DNA of 51,382 nucleotides from Planctomycetota bacterium (GTDB lineage Bacteria; Planctomycetota; Planctomycetia; Planctomycetales; Planctomycetaceae), in the NCBI GenBank assembly GCA_963580005.1, contig CAUZJR010000001.1, positions 1 through 51,382 of the forward strand, in the 5' to 3' direction. Shown here piece by piece: positions 18,952 through 28,704 of this stretch; positions within the stretch are counted from its first letter, which is position 1; each line of letters starts with the position of its first letter. Position numbers and translations under genes: made by a program. The notes under the pieces are model-generated. The model was not told the DNA's origin. It did no database searches and worked only from the letters and a program-made list of their open reading frames with translations.

Positions 18952-20328
18952 TCAGTTCAACTCGCCCAGCACCTCGACCATGCTCCGCTCGAGGATTTCC
19001 AGCATCTGGTCGATCTGCTCTTCGGTGACCGTCAGTGGCGGTCCCAGCGCGATCCAGTGCGGATCGAAGCGGGTGATCAGTCCGTTCTGCAGCGCCCTGC
19101 GGCCGATCGCTTCGCCGATCGGCGGGTCGAACTGTCGTTTGGTCTGGGGGTCGGCGACCAGTTCGATGCACTGCATTAGTCCTTTGCCGCGGATGTCGCC
19201 GATGATGCCGTGCTTCTTGAACGATTCGAACCCTTCTCGCAGCCGCTGTCCCTGGGTGCGGACGTTGGCACAGAGATCGCGTTCGAGGATTTCCAAGAGC
19301 GTGGCGAGTCCGGCGGCCGAGGAGATCGGGTTGCCCTCGAAGGTGTGTCCTTCGACAAAACCCGGGTTCGATTCCGGGTCGCCCCAGAAGGTCTCGGCGA
19401 TGTGCTGCCGGCACAACAGTGCGGCGATCGGTGCGTAGCCGCCCGAGAGTCCCTTGCCGAGGCAGAGCAGGTCGGGGGTGACGCCGAACGTCTGGGCGGC
19501 AAACATTTCTCCCGTACGACCCATGCCGGTGATGATCTCGTCGAAGATCAGCAGCACGTCGTGCCGGTCGCAGTACTCGCGCAACAGCGGCAGGTACTCC
19601 TCGGGCGGGTCGATGATCCCGCCGGTGTGACCGATCGGTTCGACGATCACCGCGGCCACGCTGTCGGGTTCTTCGAGATCGATCACGTCGTTGACCAGAG
19701 ATGCACAGGTGATCTCGCAGTCGGGGTACTGCTTGTCGAAGGGGCAGCGATAGCAGGTGGGGGGGAAGACGTGGATGAAGCCGGTGGCCAGGGGCTCGTT
19801 GACGGAGCGGCGGGACTTCAGGCCGCCGGCTGAAAGCGAGCCCATGGTCGAGCCGTGCCAGGCGTGGTAGCGGCCGATGATCTTGTACTTGGAGGCGTTG
19901 CCCTTGAGGCGGTGATACTGCCGAGCCATCTTGATGGCGGCTTCTGTGGTTTCGGAGCCACCGGAGAAGAACTTGACGGCCCCCATGTCGTCGGGGGCCA
20001 CCTCGACCAGCTTGTTGGCCAATTGCACGGCCACGGGGTTGGTGCCGTGCATCACCGGCGAGAAGGTCATCGTGTCGAATTGCTGCTTGATCGCATCGAT
20101 CACTCGGCGGTTGTTGTGGCCGACGCTGACGACGTAGATGCCCGAGAGTCCGTCGAGGTACTGCTTGCCGTTGACGTCCCAGTAGTGCACTCCGTCGGCG
20201 CGGGACATGATCAGCGGATCGGCGGCGAAGGACTTCATCTGCGAGCGGACCATGATCTGCCGCAGGAATTTCTCCTCGGTGGTCTGGGCATCGGAGATGA
20301 TGTCGGTCGTGCTGGTTTCGGTTGTCAT
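18952..20328 (-). CDS. Class-III (omega-type) aminotransferase
   Basis: SGGSETTEAAIKMARQY, LLIFDEIITGMGRTGEMFAAQ and CLGKGLSGGYAPI (PLP lysine). One nt separates it from the downstream gene. Confidence 0.88.
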   Translation of the reverse strand: MTTETSTTDIISDAQTTEEKFLRQIMVRSQMKSFAADPLIMSRADGVHYWDVNGKQYLDGLSGIYVVSVGHNNRRVIDAIKQQFDTMTFSPVMHGTNPVAVQLANKLVEVAPDDMGAVKFFSGGSETTEAAIKMARQYHRLKGNASKYKIIGRYHAWHGSTMGSLSAGGLKSRRSVNEPLATGFIHVFPPTCYRCPFDKQYPDCEITCASLVNDVIDLEEPDSVAAVIVEPIGHTGGIIDPPEEYLPLLREYCDRHDVLLIFDEIITGMGRTGEMFAAQTFGVTPDLLCLGKGLSGGYAPIAALLCRQHIAETFWGDPESNPGFVEGHTFEGNPISSAAGLATLLEILERDLCANVRTQGQRLREGFESFKKHGIIGDIRGKGLMQCIELVADPQTKRQFDPPIGEAIGRRALQNGLITRFDPHWIALGPPLTVTEEQIDQMLEILERSMVEVLGELN

Positions 20329-21290
20329 GAACGGTTCTCGGTTTCGTGGATCAGCTGGGGTCCACCTCGATGGGCGGCACCCTGTTGGACCTGTTTGCGG
20401 ATGTCGATTTCGACCAGTCGGTCCCAGGCGGTCATCAGTTGATCATAGACCGGCCCGGGTTCGCCACTGCCGACGTCAGAGTCGTTGAACCGCGTGACCG
20501 GTCCCAGGCAATAGGGAGTACTGGCCAGCAGCGCCTCGTCGGCTTCGGCGAGGTCATTGGGCCACAGGTCCTTGCGGAGGAATTCCAGTCCGGTCTCGAG
20601 GCACAGTTCCTCGACCACGCCGGAGCTGATGCTCCCCAGCACGCCGGCGGTCGGGGGTGCGATTACCTGCCGGTTTCTGACCAGCAGCAGGCTGGCGGCG
20701 GCGGTCTCGGTCAGCCGGCCCTGGTTGTCGAGCAGTACGGCTCGGGCGCCCGGCGCGATGCGTGAGGCCTCGAGATCGGCCAGGTAGTAATGCAACCGGC
20801 TGCGGTGCTTGATCGCCGGGTCGATCGATGTCTCGGGCAACTGGCGGACCGACGGCGTGACCAGGTGTAGCCCCTGGTCCTGCATCGTGGCCCACAGTTC
20901 AAAGGGCAGGGGAAAGGTGTGACCGCACAGGGTGGGTCCGGCTGCCGGCGAACCGGCGGGCTGGCCCGAGTAGGTGGCGTAGGGGCCGGCGGTGGCGAAG
21001 AGGACCAGTCCGAGGTCGTCCTCGGCGTCCAGGGCGACACAGTTGTGAGAGACCAGGTCGTGGCAGATGCCGGCGAGTTCGCTGGATCCCAGGCCGATAT
21101 CGAATCCTACGGCTGCCAGCGAGTTGGTGAATCGATCGAGGTGCAGGTCGAGCCGGAACACCTGGTGCCCGAAGGTCCTCAGGTTCTCGGCAACACTCAC
21201 ACCCTGGACCACTCCCGCGTCGAAAACCGGCAAAACAGCCTGGTCTGCCGCGACCAGTTCTCCGTTGAGGTAGGCGAGGGGCTGTGGCAT
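20325..21290 (-). CDS. Class-IV aminotransferase (branched-chain/D-amino-acid aminotransferase or ADC-lyase fold)
   Basis: YLNGELVAADQAVLPVFDAGVVQGVSVAENLRTF N-terminus, the later KHRSRLHYYLA and LTETAAASLLLV segments. The stop overlaps the next start (ATGA at 20325-20328). Confidence 0.75.
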   Translation of the reverse strand: MPQPLAYLNGELVAADQAVLPVFDAGVVQGVSVAENLRTFGHQVFRLDLHLDRFTNSLAAVGFDIGLGSSELAGICHDLVSHNCVALDAEDDLGLVLFATAGPYATYSGQPAGSPAAGPTLCGHTFPLPFELWATMQDQGLHLVTPSVRQLPETSIDPAIKHRSRLHYYLADLEASRIAPGARAVLLDNQGRLTETAAASLLLVRNRQVIAPPTAGVLGSISSGVVEELCLETGLEFLRKDLWPNDLAEADEALLASTPYCLGPVTRFNDSDVGSGEPGPVYDQLMTAWDRLVEIDIRKQVQQGAAHRGGPQLIHETENRS

Positions 21291-21429
21291 GTTGGAGCGG
21301 GAGCCTGGTTCTTGCTGGTCGAGGGCGCGGGCGTCCGGCTATCGTATCGGTTCCCCCGGCAGGGAACAAAGTGTCCCGGCCCCGTCTGCGGCGGGTTGAG
21401 AATGTTGGAGCGACTGGAGACGACGTGAC

Positions 21430-22218
21430 GTGGATCCGTTTCAGGCCATCACTGCGCTGCTGACGCTGACCGCGATGGAGATCGTGCTGGGGATCGACAA
21501 TGTGGTCTTCATCGCGATCCTCTGCAGTCGATTGCCTGAGGACCAGCAGCCTCTGGGTCGACGGCTGGGTCTGGCCGCGGCGCTGGTCACGCGGTTGATG
21601 CTGTTGTGCCTGCTGTTCTGGATGCTCGATCCGAACAACAATTTGTTCATTCATCCCCTGGTCAACCTGACCGAGGACATTGGGCTTCCCGCCGAGTGGC
21701 TTCAGGACCGGGCGGGTCAGTTGCAGGATGAGATCAACGTCTTCACCGTCCAGGACCTGATCCTGTTTGTGGGCGGGTTGTTCTTGATTGGCAAGAGTGT
21801 GCACGAGGTGCACGATACGCTGGAGGGTGAAGAGGAGTCGCAGGAGTCGGGCAAGCCGGTGAGTTTCAGGAATGTGATGATCCAGGTGGCATTGCTCGAC
21901 ATCGTCTTTTCGCTGGACTCGGTGATCACGGCGGTGGGGATGGCGGAGGAATTGTGGGTGATGGTGACGGCGATCATCATTGCGGTGGGTGTGATGCTGG
22001 TCTTCGCCGATGCGATCAGTGGTTTCATCGAGGCGAACCCGACGGTGAAGATGCTGGCGTTGAGTTTCCTGATCCTGATCGGCGTGATGTTGACGGCCGA
22101 GTCGATGGGGATGCACATCAAGAAGGGCTACATCTACTTCGCGATGGCGTTCGCGGTGCTGGTGGAGGTGCTCAACATGCGAGCCCGCCGCAAGCGCAGT
22201 AGGTCAGGCTCCGCCTGA
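21430..22218 (+). CDS. TerC/Alx-family integral membrane protein
   Basis: MEIVLGIDNVVFIAIL and LLDIVFSLDSVITAVGM repeated motifs with multiple TM helices. GTG start preceded by GGAGA. Confidence 0.85.
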   Translation: MDPFQAITALLTLTAMEIVLGIDNVVFIAILCSRLPEDQQPLGRRLGLAAALVTRLMLLCLLFWMLDPNNNLFIHPLVNLTEDIGLPAEWLQDRAGQLQDEINVFTVQDLILFVGGLFLIGKSVHEVHDTLEGEEESQESGKPVSFRNVMIQVALLDIVFSLDSVITAVGMAEELWVMVTAIIIAVGVMLVFADAISGFIEANPTVKMLALSFLILIGVMLTAESMGMHIKKGYIYFAMAFAVLVEVLNMRARRKRSRSGSA

Positions 22219-22229
22219 CTGACCTTTAC

Positions 22230-22293
22230 CCAAGCCTTGATCCAAGCCTTGATCCAAGCCTTGATCCAAGCCTTGATCCAAGCCTTGATCCAG
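22230..22293. repeat. 12-nt tandem repeat ccaagccttgat x5 plus a partial
   Basis: Units at 22230, 22242, 22254, 22266 and 22278. It lies between convergent stops (22218 and 22322), just after a small hairpin (gtcagg/cctgac, 22203-22219). Confidence 0.95.
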
Positions 22294-22321
22294 TCGGAGC
22301 GTCTGGAAATCGGGGTGAGCG

Positions 22322-23440
22322 TCAGGTTTCTTCTCGATACCGGTGGAGTTGTTCACGGTCCAACTCGACTCCCAGCCCGGGGCCCTCGGGCACGGTGGCG
22401 ACTTCGGGGCCGAGATTCAATGGCTCGGTGATCAGGTCGGCCTGGTGGTACAGCGGGCCGATCAGGTCGGCCGGGTAGCGTTCGCTGTCGATGGTCGGGT
22501 CGGCCATTGCCAGGTGCAGCATCGCCGCGGTGGCGATGCCCAGTTCCAGGTTGCTGCCCATCGCGCAGACGATCCCTGCTTCGCGAGCCACCTCCGTGAT
22601 GCGACGCGTCTCGGTCAACCCGCCGTGCTTGCCCGGGTAGACGGCCAGGATGTCGGCGGCGTCGTGACGCGTCAACTGGATGGCGTCGGCCACCGTGAAA
22701 CAACTCTCGTCGGCCATGATCGGGATGTCGGTCTGCTGCCTGAGTATGGCCAACGCCTGGGGATCACCGGCGGGGATCGGTTGTTCGGCAAACAGCACGT
22801 CGAATGCGGTCAGCGTCTCGAGCATCTCCGGAGCCGTCTCAGCCGACCAGCCGCAGTTGGCATCCAGGCCGATCGGCACGTCCGGACCGGCCACCTCGCG
22901 CACCGCCTGAAACCTGGCGATGTCGGTCTCGGGGTCCAGGCCCACCTTGACCTTCAGCGTCCGCACGCCCCAGTCGAGAAACCTCTGCGCCAACCCCACC
23001 GCCTTCTCGACCTCAAAGGCCCCCACCACCATCTTGATCGGTGCCGATTGGCGGACCTTGCCCCCCAGCAGGTCATGGACCGGTGCGTTTTCGGCCTTGC
23101 CGGCCAGGTCCCAGATGGCCATCTCCACGGCCGCCTTCGTGAACGGGTTGAAGCGAATCACTCCGTCGATCCTCTGCCACACCACAGCGATCTCGCGGGG
23201 ATCCATGCCGAGGATGGCCGGGCCGATCAGATCGTCGATCACCGCCAGGCACCCGGTGCGGGTCTCGCCGCTCCAGCGAGGTGCCACGGTCGCTTCGCCG
23301 TAGCCGAGCAGCCCCGTGTCGGTTTCGACCTCGACGATCACATACGGCGAGGTGATGTGTTCGCCGTGAGCCGTCTTGGTGGTCAACTCGGGGATCAGCG
23401 GCACGTGAATCGGTGTCGCGGTGATTCGCGTGATCTTCAT
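22322..23440 (-). CDS. Enolase-superfamily enzyme, muconate-lactonizing (MLE) subgroup (dipeptide epimerase / N-acylamino-acid racemase-like)
   Basis: KVKVG (KxK), LDANCGW, FAEQP, MADES and YPGKHGG catalytic/metal motifs in canonical order. The ATG overlaps the upstream stop (ATGA). Confidence 0.85.
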   Translation of the reverse strand: MKITRITATPIHVPLIPELTTKTAHGEHITSPYVIVEVETDTGLLGYGEATVAPRWSGETRTGCLAVIDDLIGPAILGMDPREIAVVWQRIDGVIRFNPFTKAAVEMAIWDLAGKAENAPVHDLLGGKVRQSAPIKMVVGAFEVEKAVGLAQRFLDWGVRTLKVKVGLDPETDIARFQAVREVAGPDVPIGLDANCGWSAETAPEMLETLTAFDVLFAEQPIPAGDPQALAILRQQTDIPIMADESCFTVADAIQLTRHDAADILAVYPGKHGGLTETRRITEVAREAGIVCAMGSNLELGIATAAMLHLAMADPTIDSERYPADLIGPLYHQADLITEPLNLGPEVATVPEGPGLGVELDREQLHRYREET

Positions 23441-24897
23441 CAGTCGGTGTCCTCGGCCTTCTCGATATTTTCGGGAGTCTCGTCATCCGATGAGGAGACT
23501 GCGGGCGGGTCTTCGGGAGGCTCGGTCACCGGTCGGTCGGGGATCCGCACCGGAACAAAGGCGAGTGCCGCACAGAGATAGAATCCGGCGTGGACCATGA
23601 TCAGGAATTCCCAACCCGTGCCGTTGATCGTGATCACATGCACGAGTTTGCCGACCAGGATTGAGACCACGAAGACGCCCAGTCCTCCGACCATGTTGGA
23701 GGCTCCCGAAATCACCGCCGCCTTCTTGCCTCCCAGGTCGATCAAGCCAGCCCAGACAGCCGGACTCGCCATACCGGAGAACGTTGTGCCCAGCGTGATC
23801 AGGACCACCAATTGGTGGGGTGTTGCGGCGTAGGCCGAGCAGGCGGTCAGCACGGTGGTGATCAGCAGCGCAACACTGCTGAAGCCACTGCGGCTGATCG
23901 TGCGGTTGTTGGTCAGTTTCTGCAGCATGTCGATGACGGCGCCCCCGATCAGACCTCCGACGATCACGCCCAGGAGTGGCCAGGCGGTCAGGTTGCCCGC
24001 GTCGATCTTGCTCAGGCCGTACCCCTGCTGGAGCAGTTGGGGGAAGAACGTGACGAACAGGGCGTATCCCGCGGCGCGGAATGGAGATTGGATGCACATC
24101 CAGAGGATCGGACCTCGAGAACACAGTCTCCAAAGTCCCGGCCCGGCCTCGGGGTTCTCGTGGGCCAGGTCGGAGGCAGACTTCCCCTGGGATGTCTCGC
24201 GGGGGGCCGAATGACGGAGATCGGTGGCCGCCGTGTCGGTTGGCTCGTCGCCAGGACTGCTCACCTTGGGGTGCTGCTCGGGCCGCGTGCGGAAGACCAA
24301 CCAGAAGATGACCGCCCAGGCGATGCCGACCAACGAGTAGACCTGCACGATCTCTCGCCATTCCCATTCTGCCTCGAGCAACCAGGTGGTCAGGCGGATC
24401 GTCGCCACGCCGCCCAGGGACATGGCCACGCCGATCATCGCCGAGACAGATCCGTGCAGCCGCGAGGGGAACCAGTCCTTGATCACCTGGGCGGTGTTGG
24501 GGACCAGCCCGGCCTGAGCGATTCCGAATGCCAGGCGACTGATCAGCAGCGGAATAAACGACGTGACCAGCGATGTCCAGACGGTGATCACGGACCACAA
24601 CGTGCTGAACAGCGGCAGCGATTGACGGGTACCGATCTTCAGACCCACCACTCCGCTGGGGATCTGAAAGATCGCGTAGCTCAGCGAGAAAGCTCCGAAC
24701 ACGTAGCCCATGTCCTGGCTGTTGATCTTCAGTTCCTCCTGGATCGTGGTATTGACCACGGTCAGGAAGTGGCGAGTGAGGTAGGCGCTGCTGGAGGCAA
24801 ATGCGACGAGCAGCAGCACGGTGATCCGCAGAGACCGTGGCACGCTGGAGCGGGCGGATTCGCCGTCGGACAACGAAGCCGGCTCGCTGTCGCTCAT
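23440..24897 (-). CDS. MFS transporter (anion:cation symporter-like) with an inserted hydrophilic loop and an acidic C-terminal tail
   Basis: About 12 hydrophobic segments. GYVFGAFSLSYAIFQIPSGVVGLKIGTR motif region. The ATG overlaps the upstream stop (ATGA at 24894-24897). Confidence 0.85.
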   Translation of the reverse strand: MSDSEPASLSDGESARSSVPRSLRITVLLLVAFASSSAYLTRHFLTVVNTTIQEELKINSQDMGYVFGAFSLSYAIFQIPSGVVGLKIGTRQSLPLFSTLWSVITVWTSLVTSFIPLLISRLAFGIAQAGLVPNTAQVIKDWFPSRLHGSVSAMIGVAMSLGGVATIRLTTWLLEAEWEWREIVQVYSLVGIAWAVIFWLVFRTRPEQHPKVSSPGDEPTDTAATDLRHSAPRETSQGKSASDLAHENPEAGPGLWRLCSRGPILWMCIQSPFRAAGYALFVTFFPQLLQQGYGLSKIDAGNLTAWPLLGVIVGGLIGGAVIDMLQKLTNNRTISRSGFSSVALLITTVLTACSAYAATPHQLVVLITLGTTFSGMASPAVWAGLIDLGGKKAAVISGASNMVGGLGVFVVSILVGKLVHVITINGTGWEFLIMVHAGFYLCAALAFVPVRIPDRPVTEPPEDPPAVSSSDDETPENIEKAEDTD

Positions 24898-26438
24898 TCC
24901 AGCATGCCCCGAAGTGCGTTGGCGGTCACCGCGCTGACACCCTCGTCGATCGCGATCGAGAGCGTCCAGCAGAGTGATCCGACCGAGAAGACTCGACCAC
25001 CCGACTCGGTGTCGTAGGCCACCAGGTCGGCGCCCGAATCGCCGGGGTTGGTCCCCTTGGCCAGGTGACGGATGCCGGCGGGTGAGTCGGGGCTGATCTT
25101 GTCGAGTTCGTGGCCCGAGGCGCCTCCCGGACAGCGTTCGTGCAGGCTGCGGTGGCCGAACAGGTCTCCGGCACCCAGGCCGGTGCCGTCAAACACCGGG
25201 TCGTCGGCATCGAGCACGCGGTAGGGAGCACCCGACTGGAATCCCGAGTGGGTGTAGGCCAACCCCAGCAACTGGGCTTCCGACTCGCCCCTCAACGAGT
25301 GTTCTCCCTCGCGACGACACAACATCGTCTTTTCGTCGGGGAATTCGACTTCGGCATACAGGCCGCATCCGGCCAGGTACATCAACCGCCCGCCGTCGTT
25401 GTGCACCCAGTTCTTGACCCGCTGGTACATCTGCGGCGACCAGTACTCGGGGTGAGTGTTCAGGACCAGCACGCGGTACTTCTCGAGCGGCACGCGGTCA
25501 AAGTGCAACTCGGTTTCGCTGTACAGGTCGTACTCGAATCCCTCGCGTTCCATCCATCCCAGCAACCGCCATTCGCCGGGCGCCAGCGCCGATCCCATCC
25601 GGCCTCGGATCGGAGAGGTGATCGTGTCGGATTCGGGGATGACACAGGCGGGTGCCGGCCGGTCGAAGGACAACGGGGCCGCGGTCTCTTCAAACGGCCA
25701 GGTGTCGGGGCGGAGGTAACGGCCCAGGTCCTGCCGCGAATTGACCACCGGCTCGGCCGTCAGGCCCTCCTGGCTGAAATAGTTGCTGCGACCGCCGAAC
25801 TTGTTGTACGCGTTCCAGGTGATGGTGGAGGCCAGGACACAGATGTCGGAGGCCGGGGCCCTCGGTGAGACGATCCAGGGGAAGCAGGTGAAGCGGCCGC
25901 CGAGGGTGGTGGCGTGCAGGAAGTAGAGTCCCGAGCGGTCCGGTGCGGTCAGGCCGTGTTTCTGGAACTCGAGCGTGTAGCCGGTACGGTTCCAGCCGAC
26001 GCCGCTGCCGGTGTAGTCGCCATCGGGGGTGATCTGCATCATCGCCCGGTGACCGTGCTCGTCGCACCAGCCGTAACTGGTGATGAACTCCCTGGTCCAA
26101 CCGTAACGGAACAGGTCGAGCCGGAACTGCTCGACCGAATGGACCCGGTACTCGGCCGTCTCGCCCGAGCGGCACCAGCCCGGCCCCATGTAGCCGAGGA
26201 ACCCGTCGGAGAGCAGCCGGAACAGGTGGGGCCGGCCGGGGGTGATGGTGAGTCGAGTTCGTTTGGAGCCGAAACCCGGGGCGGCCACGATCGCCTCGTA
26301 GTCGCCCAGCTCGAGATCCCCGTAGAGGGCACCGGAGGGTGCGGCTGCCAGCGTCCAGGCGCGGTCGGCCTGGCGGAATTCGACCGTGGCGCAGCTGACG
26401 GCCGAGTGGTTTTCGTCGCTGACGTATCCGATGAGCAT
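24894..26438 (-). CDS. N,N-dimethylformamidase beta-subunit-like (DUF6605-type) protein with an N-terminal carboxypeptidase-regulatory-like beta domain
   Basis: N-terminal VEFRQ...YEAIVAAPGFGSKRTRLTI beta-sandwich pattern. LASTITWNAYNKFGG and LNTHPEYWS segments resemble DMFase large-subunit homologues as I recall them. The family call is tentative. Confidence 0.5.
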   Translation of the reverse strand: MLIGYVSDENHSAVSCATVEFRQADRAWTLAAAPSGALYGDLELGDYEAIVAAPGFGSKRTRLTITPGRPHLFRLLSDGFLGYMGPGWCRSGETAEYRVHSVEQFRLDLFRYGWTREFITSYGWCDEHGHRAMMQITPDGDYTGSGVGWNRTGYTLEFQKHGLTAPDRSGLYFLHATTLGGRFTCFPWIVSPRAPASDICVLASTITWNAYNKFGGRSNYFSQEGLTAEPVVNSRQDLGRYLRPDTWPFEETAAPLSFDRPAPACVIPESDTITSPIRGRMGSALAPGEWRLLGWMEREGFEYDLYSETELHFDRVPLEKYRVLVLNTHPEYWSPQMYQRVKNWVHNDGGRLMYLAGCGLYAEVEFPDEKTMLCRREGEHSLRGESEAQLLGLAYTHSGFQSGAPYRVLDADDPVFDGTGLGAGDLFGHRSLHERCPGGASGHELDKISPDSPAGIRHLAKGTNPGDSGADLVAYDTESGGRVFSVGSLCWTLSIAIDEGVSAVTANALRGMLE

Positions 26439-26497
26439 GGGCGGGTTCTGTGCTCTGATCGGGATGACTCCGGCAGCCGGGCCTGTTCAGCGGCCTG

Positions 26498-27118
26498 CTA
26501 GAGTTCCTTGACCTTGATGTTCCGGAAGTGGATCGGAGCACCCTCGGACTGCAGCCCAATCGGGCCCTTGCGGTTGATGTAAGGACCGCTCTTGGCGATC
26601 AGCACGCCGTTGAGCTTGGCGGTCAGCACTCCGTTCTCTGAAATGACTTCGAGCTTGTTCCATTCGGTGTGCGGCTTGCGGGCCTTTTCACGGGCGGCCT
26701 TGTCGCCGTTGTTCCGCGGACCCTTGGCTCCACCCATCGCGAAGATCATCGCCAGATTGTCGTAGTGACCCTGCACCTCGACGCACGCCGGCCAGATCTT
26801 GTGATCGCCCGCGATGTAGTTCAGCACTCCGCTGTTGCCCTTCTGCTTGGGGTAACGGAACTCGAAGCTGAGGATGTAGTTGGTGTAGCTCTTCTTGGTG
26901 CAGATGTAGCCGTTGGGCTTGCCATTGCACTCGATCACCCCGATCGCTGACTGAGTCCAGCTCTCGGCCTTGCCGGCGGCGACGAAGAAGTCCTTCTCGA
27001 GACTCTTGAGGGCCACGAAACCCTTCTTCTTTTCGGCGGCGGTGCTGTCGGTGGACTGCAGGCCAACGGAGATCAGCAGTGCGGCGACAATCGCCACGGG
27101 GAGAATACGTCTGATCAT
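26498..27118 (-). CDS. DUF1080 (3-keto-disaccharide hydrolase-like) secreted protein
   Basis: Signal peptide, SFEFRYP...GNSGV, and terminal GPIGLQSEGAPIHFRNIKVKEL typical of DUF1080. Confidence 0.8.
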   Translation of the reverse strand: MIRRILPVAIVAALLISVGLQSTDSTAAEKKKGFVALKSLEKDFFVAAGKAESWTQSAIGVIECNGKPNGYICTKKSYTNYILSFEFRYPKQKGNSGVLNYIAGDHKIWPACVEVQGHYDNLAMIFAMGGAKGPRNNGDKAAREKARKPHTEWNKLEVISENGVLTAKLNGVLIAKSGPYINRKGPIGLQSEGAPIHFRNIKVKEL

Positions 27119-27176
27119 GGTGTGTGTTCCCTGGAGAGAATGTGAATTGGCGAGTTGAGTTTCGTGAGCGAGAGTC

Positions 27177-28667
27177 TCAGGCGAGGATCGGTTCGATGAC
27201 GTTACCGGCCACGTCGGTCAGACGAAAGTCACGGCCCTGGAACGGGAAGGTCAGTTTCAGGTGGTCGACCCCCAGCAGCCTGAGCATCGTGGCGTGCAGG
27301 TCGTGGACGGTGACGACGTGTTCGACGGCGTTGTAGCCCAGTTCGTCGGTGTTGCCGTAGGAGGTGCCTCCCTTGATGCCGCCTCCGGCCATCCAGATCG
27401 AGAAGCCCTTGATGTGGTGATCGCGTCCGCTGCCCTGGGCCATCGGAGTGCGACCGAACTCGCCGGCCCAGACGACCAGCGTATCCTTGAGCATGTCTCG
27501 TTTCTTGAGGTCGGCGATCAGTGCGGCGGCGGGCTGGTCGACCAGCTTGGCGGTCCGGGCCGAGGCGGCCTTGATGTTGCCGTGGTGGTCCCAGCCACGG
27601 TGGTACAACTGCACGAAACGGACACCTCGTTCGACCAGCCGCCGGGCCAGCAGGCAGTTGGCGGCGAACGAGCCGTCGCTGCCCTGTGTGCCGTAGAGAT
27701 CGAGCACGTGCTTGGGTTCATCGGAGATGTCGATCAGCTTCGGCACGCTGGCCTGCATGCGGAAGGCCATCTCGTACTGGCTGATCCGGGTTGAGATCTC
27801 CTGGTCCTGGACCAGGTCGTTTCTGAGCTGGTTGAGTTTCTGGACGGCGGTGATCACGTCACGTTGCCGGTCGCGGGTGACTCCGGCGGGGTTCTTGACA
27901 TAAAGCACTGGGTCGCCCTTGGAGTGGAAGTGGACGCCCTGGAAGCGGCTGGGCAGGAATCCGCTGTGCCATTGCCTCGAGGCGATCGGCTGGTTCTGTC
28001 CGCCACCGACCGACGTCAGCACGACGAATCCCGGCAGGTTGTCGGTTTCGGCTCCCAGCCCGTAGGTCAGCCAGGCACCCATCGATGGGCGTCCGCTGAT
28101 CGTGGTGCCGGTATTCATGAAGGTGTGAGCCGGGTCGTGGTTGATCGCGTCGGTCTTCATCGAGCGGATGATGCACATCTCGTCGGCGACACCGCCCAGG
28201 TGCGGAAAGATGCTCGAGAAGTTCTGGCCACTCTCGCCGTACTTCTTGAATTCGTGCTGAGGGGCCAGGCAGGTCAGCTTCTTGCCCTGCAGCTGCGCGA
28301 TCGGTTGTCCCTTGGTATACGAGTCGGGCATCGGCTTGCCGTTCATCTCGGCCAGCTTCGGCTTGTGATCCCACGTCTCCAGGTGGCTGGCTCCTCCGGC
28401 CATGCACAGAAAGATCACTCGCTTGGTCCTGGCCGGGAAGTGCAGATTCTTGAGTGACCCGGTCCACCTGGGGACTCGGACCGCCTGGTCGGCGGCGGGG
28501 GCCGACCCGGCGAGCTGGTCAGCGAGCATCGAGGCGAGCGCGAGGCCGCCGATGCCCGCGGCCGAGCGGCCCAGGAAGCAGCGACGGGCCAGCGGCACGG
28601 ACGTCTCGGGCAACATCGCGGAATCGGAGGAGGTTGCGTGGCGAGTGAGATCGGACATGTGAGTCAT
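27177..28667 (-). CDS. DUF1501 protein (sulfatase/alkaline-phosphatase-like fold) with a Tat signal
   Basis: Twin-arginine ARRCFLGRSAAGIGGLALA, then GRDHH, WAGEFGRTP and GRDFRLTDV segments characteristic of planctomycete DUF1501. Confidence 0.88.
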   Translation of the reverse strand: MTHMSDLTRHATSSDSAMLPETSVPLARRCFLGRSAAGIGGLALASMLADQLAGSAPAADQAVRVPRWTGSLKNLHFPARTKRVIFLCMAGGASHLETWDHKPKLAEMNGKPMPDSYTKGQPIAQLQGKKLTCLAPQHEFKKYGESGQNFSSIFPHLGGVADEMCIIRSMKTDAINHDPAHTFMNTGTTISGRPSMGAWLTYGLGAETDNLPGFVVLTSVGGGQNQPIASRQWHSGFLPSRFQGVHFHSKGDPVLYVKNPAGVTRDRQRDVITAVQKLNQLRNDLVQDQEISTRISQYEMAFRMQASVPKLIDISDEPKHVLDLYGTQGSDGSFAANCLLARRLVERGVRFVQLYHRGWDHHGNIKAASARTAKLVDQPAAALIADLKKRDMLKDTLVVWAGEFGRTPMAQGSGRDHHIKGFSIWMAGGGIKGGTSYGNTDELGYNAVEHVVTVHDLHATMLRLLGVDHLKLTFPFQGRDFRLTDVAGNVIEPILA

Positions 28668-28704
28668 TTCACAGGGGTGATGCGGGGGGAAGAGCCATGC
28701 GGGT

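Noticed and set aside
21291-21429. yybP-ykoY (Mn2+) riboswitch upstream of the TerC-family gene.
   Set aside because: The leader lacks the conserved GGGGAGUAG and UUGACA/AGACC-type loop sequences I would expect. Only cmscan could settle it, and nothing in the sequence supports it.
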